From Hoyosella rhizosphaerae (lineage in GTDB: Bacteria > Actinomycetota > Actinomycetes > Mycobacteriales > Mycobacteriaceae), in assembly GCF_014643175.1 (NCBI RefSeq), contig NZ_BMJH01000001.1, forward strand, positions 1,474,209-1,538,208: DNA of 64,000 nt, written 5' to 3'. The notes under the pieces were generated by a model that was not told the origin of the DNA, did no database searches, and saw nothing but the letters and a program-made list of their open reading frames with translations. Every line of letters starts with the position of its first letter. Within the stretch, counting starts at the first letter, position 1. Shown one piece after another: positions 55,869 to 64,000 of the stretch. The translations under genes were made by a program, and so were the position numbers.

Positions 55869-56777
55869 CTACACCAACCACCCCCGCTGAGGCACCCACG
55901 CACTCCCTGCGTCCGGCGCGTCATCACGCCCCACCGTTGCCTGAATTAACCCGTACGGGCGATCGTCAGCGTGGAAGACCTCGTTGGCGTTGCTAATCCC
56001 GAATCGTCCCAGGTCATATTCAAAGTGATGTTTGTTCGGCGCCGACATTCGAACCTCAACAACCTCGTCATGCTTCGCAAGAATGCGCTTTCCAATCTCG
56101 TACAGCGTCTGCTGTAAAGCCAACGAATGATGCGTCGCAAAGGTCTCCACCACAATCTGACGAATCGATGGATACACGGCATCCCACTCCACCGTCGTAC
56201 CTGCAAACCGCCACTGCGCAACTAGCGACGTCGCCATCACCCTGTCTGCCGTCGGCTCAAGAACTGTGAACTTGTCCGTGAGAAAGCCGCGAAACTCCGA
56301 CCCCGACGACTTCAGCACCACAAGGTCTTTCACCCCGCCAATCACCCATTCACGCCGGTCGTTCCCGACGCCCTCCACGGTTACGGCAACAGTCCGCACC
56401 TCGGGGCCCCTGCGCACCCATGCATGGTTGTGCTCAACCCCATCAACGACAACTCGGTCCCAGTCGTACTGCTCGATCTCGATGCGAGCACCGCCCACGG
56501 GCTCGGCGTTGTCGACAAAATGCCGCGCTAGCGCCAACCCGTATTCCTCAACAGATCCCTCTCCGTGAGTCTTGGCGAACGCATACACAGTCTGCTTTTG
56601 CGTATCCGTCGGCAAGACAACACTCTGATCACCCTCTGTGTGCGCGACCCCAAAATCACCCCGTAGTGCAGTAGACACATTCAGGTCTCGAATTTCATGC
56701 CGAGGCTCATCCCGGTAAATGCGCACCACCCGGTTTTCCGCCTTGCCGTACTGATTTGACCCCAGAACGATTCCCAC
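55869..56777 (-). CDS. Urate oxidase (uricase)
   Basis: N-terminal 'LGSNQYGKAENRVVRI' plus the conserved tunnelling-fold repeats; 302 aa. Confidence 0.9.
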   Translation of the reverse strand: MGIVLGSNQYGKAENRVVRIYRDEPRHEIRDLNVSTALRGDFGVAHTEGDQSVVLPTDTQKQTVYAFAKTHGEGSVEEYGLALARHFVDNAEPVGGARIEIEQYDWDRVVVDGVEHNHAWVRRGPEVRTVAVTVEGVGNDRREWVIGGVKDLVVLKSSGSEFRGFLTDKFTVLEPTADRVMATSLVAQWRFAGTTVEWDAVYPSIRQIVVETFATHHSLALQQTLYEIGKRILAKHDEVVEVRMSAPNKHHFEYDLGRFGISNANEVFHADDRPYGLIQATVGRDDAPDAGSAWVPQRGWLV

Positions 56778-56780
56778 TGC

Positions 56781-57275
56781 TTAAACCCTCTCGTCGCCGA
56801 ACAAATTGCGCAGGCGAAACTCGGTGATCTTCGCCAGTTCTAGCCTGGTGTTGCGCCACTCCACATCCGTGTCATTCGACATTCGCCGTTTCAGCACGGC
56901 CACCAACTCCTCAGCGCTCCGCCCATGCGCGAACACTAGGTACACATGGCCAAACGTCGCCTCATACAGTTCATTGAGCGCGATCAACTCAGACAGCACC
57001 TGGTCGTCCGCCGCCGAAACGCGTGCCTGCTCGTCAGCAGAACGCCCGCTCACACTGCGATCGCCAATGCGCGGATGCCCGGCAAGCGCATCCCGAATAT
57101 CCCCGTCACCGAGTGCCCTAATCTGTTCTCGGGCACAGTGCGTAAGGTCTGCAACCGCCTGAAACGGGCGATGCGCGACAACACGTCGAGCCCACTTTGC
57201 TGATGAGCACGCTGACTCCAACAGTTCACGTGCGCAATCAGAATCCATTGTGTTGAAGTCGTCGAGTTTCATCAC
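56781..57275 (-). CDS. uraD: OHCU decarboxylase (2-oxo-4-hydroxy-4-carboxy-5-ureidoimidazoline decarboxylase)
   Basis: 'LAGHPRIGDRS' and 'FGHVYLVFAHGRSAEELVAVLKRRMSN...EFRLRNLF' match UraD motifs. Lies 4 nt from the uricase start. Confidence 0.75.
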   Translation of the reverse strand: MMKLDDFNTMDSDCARELLESACSSAKWARRVVAHRPFQAVADLTHCAREQIRALGDGDIRDALAGHPRIGDRSVSGRSADEQARVSAADDQVLSELIALNELYEATFGHVYLVFAHGRSAEELVAVLKRRMSNDTDVEWRNTRLELAKITEFRLRNLFGDERV

Positions 57276-59224
57276 CGCAGCCCTTCGAGGCGGGCGAGGT
57301 AAGAGTCCGACGCCGGGTTTGCATCCGCCACTAGATCATCAAACCGGTAATTCAGAATTTTGGCTACCTCAATGAGTGCGAAGGATTTTTCACTTGAATC
57401 AGCATTGTCTAGCCGTGACGTACCGGCACGCAATACCGAATCAAATCGATCGACCTCACGCGCACAAATTATGAGGGGAAAACCAAAATGCATGCGATAG
57501 GCAGTCGCCAACTTGATTACCGTAAGGTTCTCTTCCTCGCTGAGCGTTGACAATGCGACATGGTCTGCGGCGACAAGCTGTCCACTTTCATCTTCCGAAC
57601 CCAAGTCGGGGAACGCCCTCAGTAACTCAAGTTTTTCCTCATCCGTCGCGGTAAGCATCGATTCTTGGAAGGCGACTCGGAGATCGTGCGCATCAGCAAA
57701 AGGGCGCTGCGCATACGCCCGGCGAGTTACCCATTCCACGCCGTGAACCAACTGCCCAAACGTGGCGTGGAACTGTTCCGCCGTCATGCTGTTGATGTCG
57801 CCGAGGCGAATAGTTCCCCCTCCCGCTACCGCGTGGCCGCCACGACTGGTGTGAAAGAAAACGATATTGAGGAAGATCGCGGAGATTGCACCCATCGTAA
57901 TTCCCGTTGTGAACAGAATTTCAAGAAAACCGGGCACTGCAGTCTCGATTCCAGGAATGACGGTGCCGTCGCTTTCCCGCCTGGTCTGCGCATGTTCTAC
58001 GTAGAGCGCCAGTCCGAGTGATGTGCCCGCGATGATGAGATTGCGTTGATCAGTGAAATCGACCTTGGACAGTGTCTGAATCCCCACTATCGCGACGGAC
58101 GCAAACAAAGTGATGGAAGCGCCACCGAGGACAGGCGCAGGGATCGCTTCAACAATTTGGGCTGCTTTCGGAAATAGTCCCAGCGCAATCATGATTACTC
58201 CGGCCGCAGCAACCACCCACCGCGACTTGACCCCGGTTAGGCGCACCAAGCCCACATTCTGGTTGAACGCGGTGTAGGGGAACGAGTTGAACGACCCCCC
58301 AACGACGGTAGCTACCCCATCGGCGCGCAACGCCGCTGCGATGTCCTTTTTTCCCACGCGCTTCCCGACGATTTCACCGGCAGCAAGTACTGAACCAGTC
58401 GACTCCACAGAGGTGATCAGTAAAACAATAATCATCGACACTATGGCAACGGCACTAAATTGTGGCCAGCCAAAAGCGAAAGGCGGAACAAACCCCACCC
58501 AGTTCGCCTCTCCCACCTCATTAAACGACGCGTCGCCCAAAACCCAGGCCACTGCGGTGCCTGCTACGAGCCCCATCAGTACAGCGATCGTGCCAAGAAA
58601 TCCGTGGAAGAAACGTCGCACCACCACGATCAGCGCGATAGTGCCGAGTGCGTACACCATCCACCGAACATTGCCGGGGTCTTGCTGGCCTGTGTTCGGG
58701 TTAGTTACCGCGTTATTGATGCCGACTGGCAGTAGGGAAACGCCGATGATGGTGATGACGCTGCCAGTCACAACCGGAGGGAAGAATCGAATTAGTCGGG
58801 CGAAATAGGGTGCAATTAAGAAGGTAAATACACCAGCGACGATGACGGCGCCATAAACGTAAAGCAGTCCTTCGCGGCCGCCACCGTTGTCGTTTGCAAT
58901 CTTGATGACTGGGGCGAGACTTGCAAAAGTTACGCCCTGCACGAGGGGCAGCCGAACGCCGATCTTAAAAACCCCAACCGCCTGCAAAATGGACGCGATA
59001 CCGCAGGTGAAAAGGTCCGCCATGATGAGCATGGTGAGCGCTTCACCGTCGAGCCCTATTGCCATCGCAATGAGCAATGGAACCAGGACCGCACCGGCGT
59101 AAAACGCCACCACGTGCTGTGCTCCCAACACCGCGAGCGTTTGCACAGGCAACACTTCATCCACCGGGTGCTTACTACCCCGTCGAGAATGGTGGTGGCG
59201 ACGCAGAGACGCAACAATGGACAT
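57272..59224 (-). CDS. NCS2 family purine/urate permease fused to a C-terminal OHCU-decarboxylase-like domain
   Basis: About 460 aa of nucleobase:cation symporter-2 core ('...LAVLGAQHVVAFYAGAVLVPLLIA...'), then a ~170-aa domain with 'LLRAFPDLGSE' and 'YRMHFGFPLIICAREVDRFDSVLRAGTSRLDN' (a UraD signature). Overlaps the downstream uraD start by 4 nt. Confidence 0.75.
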   Translation of the reverse strand: MSIVASLRRHHHSRRGSKHPVDEVLPVQTLAVLGAQHVVAFYAGAVLVPLLIAMAIGLDGEALTMLIMADLFTCGIASILQAVGVFKIGVRLPLVQGVTFASLAPVIKIANDNGGGREGLLYVYGAVIVAGVFTFLIAPYFARLIRFFPPVVTGSVITIIGVSLLPVGINNAVTNPNTGQQDPGNVRWMVYALGTIALIVVVRRFFHGFLGTIAVLMGLVAGTAVAWVLGDASFNEVGEANWVGFVPPFAFGWPQFSAVAIVSMIIVLLITSVESTGSVLAAGEIVGKRVGKKDIAAALRADGVATVVGGSFNSFPYTAFNQNVGLVRLTGVKSRWVVAAAGVIMIALGLFPKAAQIVEAIPAPVLGGASITLFASVAIVGIQTLSKVDFTDQRNLIIAGTSLGLALYVEHAQTRRESDGTVIPGIETAVPGFLEILFTTGITMGAISAIFLNIVFFHTSRGGHAVAGGGTIRLGDINSMTAEQFHATFGQLVHGVEWVTRRAYAQRPFADAHDLRVAFQESMLTATDEEKLELLRAFPDLGSEDESGQLVAADHVALSTLSEEENLTVIKLATAYRMHFGFPLIICAREVDRFDSVLRAGTSRLDNADSSEKSFALIEVAKILNYRFDDLVADANPASDSYLARLEGLR

Positions 59225-59290
59225 GGGCTAAGAATGCGCAGCTACTGTTGCGGACACATTTCCTTAAGTCCCGTAAGCGAAGGAGCGACG

Positions 59291-59854
59291 TTGGCCCTCA
59301 ATATCGTGGGTGTGCTGCTCGCAGCCGGTGCTGGGCGACGTTTTGGTGGGCCGAAAATCCTCGCCCATGATGGTGCCTGGCTTACCCACGCAGCCGCATC
59401 GCTGCACCTCGGAGGATGTTCACGGGTGTTTGTGACAACTGGAGCGGCTCGCCCGCCAATGCCTATCGGTTGTGACGAATTGTGGGTGCCTCAATGGCGC
59501 GAGGGGGTCAGTGCTTCAGTTCGCGCCGCCATCCACTCTGTGAGCGCCGCCACCAGCGAAAACGGCGAACCAGACATACTTGTTTTACACACAATTGACA
59601 CCCCAGATATCGGCGCCGAGGTCATCCGCCGAGTCGTCAACGCCGTGTCCGGGAAATCATCATTGGCGCGTGCAGTTTTTGATGGAATCCCCGGCCATCC
59701 CGTCGCCATCGGACGAGCGCACTTCGCAGGCTTACTCGCCACCGTGCATGGTGACGCCGGGGCACGCCACTACCTCCACCAGCACCACACAATGCACGTG
59801 GAATGCGGCGACCTCGCCACGGGCGCCGACGTAGACACTAAAGGGCCCGCTTAA
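59291..59854 (+). CDS. MobA-like NTP transferase (molybdenum cofactor cytidylyltransferase MocA-like)
   Basis: 'GVLLAAGAGRRFGGPK' matches the nucleotidyltransferase P-loop-like motif of MobA/MocA. TTG at 59291 has an AAGGAG RBS 6-7 nt upstream; the ORF track's longer frame would start within 10 bp of the divergent permease start. Confidence 0.65.
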   Translation: MALNIVGVLLAAGAGRRFGGPKILAHDGAWLTHAAASLHLGGCSRVFVTTGAARPPMPIGCDELWVPQWREGVSASVRAAIHSVSAATSENGEPDILVLHTIDTPDIGAEVIRRVVNAVSGKSSLARAVFDGIPGHPVAIGRAHFAGLLATVHGDAGARHYLHQHHTMHVECGDLATGADVDTKGPA

Positions 59855-60725
59855 CTACTTGATCAACAATTCTATCCAGCGGCTTCGGTGCCTTCGCCAA
59901 ACCAGCCCCGAGGCGCATCACGTAATCCGACATCACTGTGGGCGAGACGGCATCGAGCAACACCGAACCGATCGCGTCAGCGCCAACGAGGTAACGCGAC
60001 CGCGGATGACGCGCCGTCAGTGCCCGACGGATTGTCTTAGCGACGGGAGTGGGCGCAGGAAAGTCGGCAGATTTACTTTCGATCTGATCCGCAAGAGCGT
60101 AGGCATCCTTGTACGCCGAACTCTCCCGGTCCGGCAATGTCGAAAAGGCGCTTTCCCATACCCCGGTGCCGAAACTGCCTGGCTCAATGAGCACCACTTT
60201 GATACCGAAACCTGCGACTTCACGGCGGGCCGCATCCGATACTGCTTCCAGCGCATACTTACTCGCTGCGTACCAACCGAGAAACGGTAGCGCTACCCGC
60301 CCAGACATGGACGAAATGTTGATGATCCGCCCATCACCACGTTCCCGCATAGCCGGTAGGACAAGCCGCATCAACTGAGCGGGGGCGAGAACATTCACCT
60401 CCATTTGCCGCCGAGCAAGGTCACCAGTGACGTCTTCGATCGCGCCAGGCTGCGCAAGGCCGGCGTTGTTCACCAGTGCCCAGGGCCCACCGCCAGTCAT
60501 CCCCGCGATTTCATCAAAAGCCTTAGCGGTCTGCTCAGGGTTGGTGACATCGCACAGCACAGTACGAATGGAGACACCTGCTTCCGCCGCAGCATCAGCA
60601 ACGGCACGTGCACTAGTTTCCGTGCGTACCGTGCCAATGACGTCAAAATCGTGCTGTGCAAGTTCGATCGCGGTAGCCAGGCCGATTCCGCCGTTCGCTC
60701 CGGTGATGACAACGCTTTTGCTCAC
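59838..60725 (-). CDS. Short-chain dehydrogenase/reductase (SDR)
   Basis: 'VVITGANGGIG' Rossmann motif, 'NNAG' and the catalytic 'YAASK' (YxxxK). Confidence 0.85.
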   Translation of the reverse strand: MSKSVVITGANGGIGLATAIELAQHDFDVIGTVRTETSARAVADAAAEAGVSIRTVLCDVTNPEQTAKAFDEIAGMTGGGPWALVNNAGLAQPGAIEDVTGDLARRQMEVNVLAPAQLMRLVLPAMRERGDGRIINISSMSGRVALPFLGWYAASKYALEAVSDAARREVAGFGIKVVLIEPGSFGTGVWESAFSTLPDRESSAYKDAYALADQIESKSADFPAPTPVAKTIRRALTARHPRSRYLVGADAIGSVLLDAVSPTVMSDYVMRLGAGLAKAPKPLDRIVDQVVKRAL

Positions 60726-60744
60726 GCTGCTCCAATCCTTCTTC

Positions 60745-61584
60745 CTAAGTAGTCCTTGTTGCTAAGTAGTCGCGGAAGTCAGTGGCGGGATGCCCTGTCA
60801 ACGCGGGCACAGAGTCAGTGACAACATCCAGCTCGCCGGTCGCTGCAGCCTCGTATGACGTCACCCACCCATCCAGTTCCCATTGCGCTGCGCCGTAGGA
60901 CTCGCGGGATTGGTAGGCCTCATCCAAGGTCTCGGCGTGGTAGGTGATTGGCCTCCCCAGCACCTCGGTCATCATCGCGGCCGCTTCCGTGAATGTGAAT
61001 GCCCGCGGGCCAGTGAGGTCATACGTCTGTCCATCATGCCCGTGTGTGGTGAGCACCGCTGCCGCAGCGTCGGCCACATCGTCGCGCGTTACGGCCCCTA
61101 CTTTTCCGTCGGCAGCAGGACCCCGGATGACGCCATCGTCCCCTGCGAACAGCGGGATTACATCCTGGTAGAGGTTGTCACGAAGAAAGGTGAAATCAAG
61201 CCCAGACGCTCGGATGGCTTGTTCGGTGTGCCAATGGTCGCGCCCGAACGTGAATGTGCAATCAGGTGCCGCAGAAACGAAAGATACGTAGACGATTCGC
61301 CGCACTCCTGCCTGCGCTGCCGCATCCACAACCCGCCGCTGCACGTCCGCGCGGTCCTTCGATTCAGGTGCAGAAACGAAGAAGAATGTGTCAACACCTA
61401 CGAGCGCTTGTTCCAAGGTGTCCGGGTGATTGAAGTCGCCAAGAGCGACCTCCACGCCAGGGTCCCGCAGCTTTCCAGGATTGCGTACGATGAGCCGACT
61501 CGGCAACTCATGGTGTGCAAGCCGTTGCGCTACTCGGCCGCCAATTTGTCCCGTTGCCCCACTAATTGCGATCACTCCGGTCAT
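60745..61584 (-). CDS. NmrA-like / NAD(P)H-binding atypical SDR
   Basis: 'IAISGATGQIGGRVAQRL' Rossmann motif; NmrA-family length and no YxxxK. ATG at 61584; the ORF track extends to 61674. Confidence 0.7.
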   Translation of the reverse strand: MTGVIAISGATGQIGGRVAQRLAHHELPSRLIVRNPGKLRDPGVEVALGDFNHPDTLEQALVGVDTFFFVSAPESKDRADVQRRVVDAAAQAGVRRIVYVSFVSAAPDCTFTFGRDHWHTEQAIRASGLDFTFLRDNLYQDVIPLFAGDDGVIRGPAADGKVGAVTRDDVADAAAAVLTTHGHDGQTYDLTGPRAFTFTEAAAMMTEVLGRPITYHAETLDEAYQSRESYGAAQWELDGWVTSYEAAATGELDVVTDSVPALTGHPATDFRDYLATRTT

Positions 61585-61674
61585 GTCGCATGAGGCTACT
61601 CTTGCCTTTTCATTTGCGTGCACTAAGTGGCACCCAGAAGTCCCTCCACGTATCGTCACACGTAAGCATTTCAA

Positions 61675-63165
61675 TTGCAGAAAAGGACAAGTGTGGAGCG
61701 ACGTTCTCAGCCTTCAGTGGCCATCATCGGGGCCGGTTTTGGTGGTATCGGGATGGCTATCCAGTTGAAAGAAGCTGGGTTTTCTGACATCACCGTTTTT
61801 GAGAAGGCAAACGACGTAGGTGGGTGCTGGCGCGAGAATACCTACCCTGGTGCAGCATGTGATGTCCCGTCACATTTGTACTCCTACTCTTTTGAACTCA
61901 AGAGCGATTGGTCCCGGCGATTTGCTGAGCAAGAAGAGATCTTGACATACATCCGTCACTGCGCTGAGAAGTACCAAGTGTGGTCACATATTCGGTTCAA
62001 CACCGAGGTGAATGCTGCAGAGTTTGATGACGATTCAGGGCAGTGGACGTTAACGCTTTCCGATGGAAACACCGCTGTCGCTGATGTTGTTATTCCGGCG
62101 TGCGGGCAATTAAGTCGGCCCGCCTACCCTCGCATCGAGGGATTGGATGACTTCCAAGGCGAGATTTTCCATTCGGCGACCTGGAACCACGACTACAACC
62201 TCGACGGCAAGAAAGTTGCCGTCATCGGCACCGGTGCGTCGGCGATTCAGTTTGTTCCTCGAATCGCTCCGGTCGTGAACAAGCTCACCCTCTTCCAGCG
62301 CAGCGCCCCGCATGTCATACCCAAGTCGGACTACGCGTACCCCAAGCGAGTGCAGGCCTTGTTCTCACGATTCCCGTCGACACTGCGGGCAAGTAGGTGG
62401 GCAACATACTGTGAGCTCGAACCGCGCGCGCTGATGTTTACTAAGTTTCCGCAGATTTCCACCCTCTACGAAAAAGTCTTCCTCCGGAATCTTCGTAAGT
62501 GTGTTGCGGATCCAGTATTGCGAGAAAAACTCACTCCGAAGGACCCGATTGGGTGCAAACGAGTTCTCCTGTCGAACGACTACTACCCTGCTCTCACGCG
62601 GGACAATGTGCATGTCGAGACCGAAGACATCTCGCGTGTCACCGCTTCGGGTATTGACACCGTCGATGGAACGACGCACCAGGTTGACGCAATCATTCTG
62701 GGAACTGGCTTTACTGCCACGGATTTCCTAGCACCTATGCGCATCTCGGGCCGAGGAGGTAAGAGCCTCAACGACGAGTGGCGCGCTGGTGCCGAAGCGT
62801 ATCTCGGCATAACGGTATCGGGCTTTCCAAACATGTTCATGCTCTATGGTCCCAACACAAACCTGGGCCACAATTCGATCATCTTGATGCTCGAATCGCA
62901 GATGCGGTACGTGCTCGAGGCAGTGAAGAAACTCCACGACAACAGTCTTCGCTGGATAGATGTACGTGATGCCGCCCAAGGCAATTTCAATGACGAGATC
63001 CACAAGAGAGTTAGCGCAACTATCTGGGATCGTGAGTGTTCCTCCTGGTACAAGACCGCGGCAGGTAAGAACACAAACAACTGGCCAGGTTTCACTTTTA
63101 CCTATAACGCGTTAACACGCAGTGTGAATCTCGATGATTACGACACCACGCAGTTAGTGTCATAG
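61675..63165 (+). CDS. Flavin-containing monooxygenase (class B; BVMO/FMO-like)
   Basis: FAD motif 'VAIIGAGFGGIG', 'FxGxxxHxxxW'-like 'FQGEIFHSATWNHDY', NADPH motif 'VAVIGTGASAIQ'. Start is TTG 61675 or GTG 61693. Confidence 0.85.
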   Translation: MQKRTSVERRSQPSVAIIGAGFGGIGMAIQLKEAGFSDITVFEKANDVGGCWRENTYPGAACDVPSHLYSYSFELKSDWSRRFAEQEEILTYIRHCAEKYQVWSHIRFNTEVNAAEFDDDSGQWTLTLSDGNTAVADVVIPACGQLSRPAYPRIEGLDDFQGEIFHSATWNHDYNLDGKKVAVIGTGASAIQFVPRIAPVVNKLTLFQRSAPHVIPKSDYAYPKRVQALFSRFPSTLRASRWATYCELEPRALMFTKFPQISTLYEKVFLRNLRKCVADPVLREKLTPKDPIGCKRVLLSNDYYPALTRDNVHVETEDISRVTASGIDTVDGTTHQVDAIILGTGFTATDFLAPMRISGRGGKSLNDEWRAGAEAYLGITVSGFPNMFMLYGPNTNLGHNSIILMLESQMRYVLEAVKKLHDNSLRWIDVRDAAQGNFNDEIHKRVSATIWDRECSSWYKTAAGKNTNNWPGFTFTYNALTRSVNLDDYDTTQLVS

Positions 63166-63199
63166 AGTGCTTCATCGACCTCATCTAAGTCCCGGCCTG

Positions 63200-64000
63200 A
63201 TGCGTATCGGCGTAAAAACTGTGCTGCGCCCCATGTTGAATCCGCGCTGGCCCGTTGGCGTTCAACGCAGACTCATTGATGCGGCAGGCTTGGTATCAGT
63301 CACAGCTGCCGATACAACGCGTACTGCCGTAACTCTGGGTGGGCGCCCCGCCGAGCGCTACGTCAGCGATTCCGGTGAGGCGGACGGTGCTGTGTTGTAC
63401 CTGCATGGCGGTGGCTATGTGGTCGGTTCGCCATCCACACATCGCCCGATTTGCTCCCACCTCGCCGCATCTTCCCAGTCAGAAGTGTTTTCCCTCGACT
63501 ACCGACTCGCCCCCGAATTTCCGTATCCCGCGGCGCTCGACGACGTGGTATCCGCCTATCAGGAACTCCTCGACAACGGCATTCCCGCGTCGAAAATCGT
63601 GCTGAGCGGCGATTCCGCTGGTGGTGGTCTCGTGTTGTCTGCGATGTTGCGGATTCGCGAAGCTGGTATCGAACTACCGGCGGGCGCAGCCGTCATTTCA
63701 CCGTGGGTGGATCTGAGCCTTGCACAAACGCACGAATGCGATAACGACCCGATGTTGCAAGTATCGTGGCTCCGCCAAAATGCGGAGCGATACCTCAGCA
63801 CAAGTGCGATCACCCCCGACCTCGATCCACTTGCCGCTGACTTAAAGGGGTTTCCTCCGCTACTTATACATGTAGGCAGCGACGAGATCCTGCTCCGCGA
63901 CGCTGAACGACTTGCCGAGCACGCACGCCAGTGCGGGGTTGCGGTGGAATTCACTGTGCTCACAGGTTTATGGCACGTCGTACACCTGCATGCCGGGCTG
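63200..64000 (+). CDS. Alpha/beta hydrolase fold-3 esterase (HSL family), 3'-truncated by window end
   Basis: Hand-translated frame not in the ORF track (no stop before the window end): '...GAVLYLHGGGYVVGSP...IVLSGDSAGGGLV...'. Start ATG ~63200 is tentative. Confidence 0.65.
   Translation, partial: MRIGVKTVLRPMLNPRWPVGVQRRLIDAAGLVSVTAADTTRTAVTLGGRPAERYVSDSGEADGAVLYLHGGGYVVGSPSTHRPICSHLAASSQSEVFSLDYRLAPEFPYPAALDDVVSAYQELLDNGIPASKIVLSGDSAGGGLVLSAMLRIREAGIELPAGAAVISPWVDLSLAQTHECDNDPMLQVSWLRQNAERYLSTSAITPDLDPLAADLKGFPPLLIHVGSDEILLRDAERLAEHARQCGVAVEFTVLTGLWHVVHLHAGL

Overview
This is a high-GC (~62-64%) actinobacterial chromosomal segment, probably Mycobacteriales/Corynebacteriales-like. Gene order and family content resemble mycobacterial loci: three tandem HAMP-adenylyl cyclases, an Rv2864c-like penicillin-binding lipoprotein and an Rv0183-like monoacylglycerol lipase. 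It is densely coding on both strands, and I found no rRNA, tRNA, CRISPR array, IS element or prophage.

Main blocks, in order:
- 1-8 kb: MmpL C-terminus, a pair of CrcB/Fluc fluoride channel genes, a DUF1707 protein, and three paralogous transmembrane HAMP + class III adenylyl cyclases interrupted by a lysyl-PG-synthase-like (UPF0104) membrane protein.
- 8-20 kb: penicillin-binding lipoprotein, lipase, pirin, NagB, a methyltransferase, a pyridine-nucleotide-disulfide oxidoreductase, lipoproteins, and CDP-alcohol phosphatidyltransferase + DedA.
- 20-24 kb: a four-gene ABC importer (substrate-binding protein, two permeases, ATPase).
- 24-25 kb: a low-GC hypothetical membrane protein gene.
- 25.3-34.4 kb, minus strand: the most unusual locus. 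An apparent operon encodes a small membrane protein, an NfeD/YqiJ-like protein and a 676-aa SPFH/flotillin with a very long charged coiled coil. Its stop overlaps the start of a 1663-aa protein that carries a C-terminal MoxR/AAA_5-like ATPase domain. A DedA gene follows. I cannot assign this giant protein to a characterised system and flag the module as a candidate undescribed membrane-associated system.
- 34-42.5 kb: M13 metallopeptidase, acyltransferase-3, WS/DGAT, an HSL-type esterase, and a GT87 (DUF2029) mannosyltransferase.
- 42.5-59.9 kb: a large purine/ureide catabolic supercluster with a candidate HpcH/CitE-like TIM-barrel protein of unknown function, allantoicase, PuuE allantoinase, SIMPL lipoprotein, a DrrAB-like ABC-2 exporter, xanthine dehydrogenase FAD and 2Fe-2S/Mo subunits, an 8-oxoguanine-deaminase-like amidohydrolase, guanine deaminase, uricase, OHCU decarboxylase, an NCS2 permease fused to a second OHCU-decarboxylase-like domain, and MocA-like cytidylyltransferase.
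- 59.8-64 kb: SDR, NmrA-like reductase, a flavin monooxygenase and a partial esterase.

Non-coding signals worth noting are a perfect rho-independent terminator hairpin (~16614-16668), a nested inverted repeat plus three phased CCCTAACC repeats (~49166-49285) between the XDH operon end and the ABC-2 exporter promoter, a short coding tandem repeat (36421-36480), and an AT-rich divergent promoter (39149-39264).

Caveat: start codons were called by hand from the printed sequence, and many genes use GTG/TTG starts. Coordinates of non-ORF features may be off by 1-2 nt.
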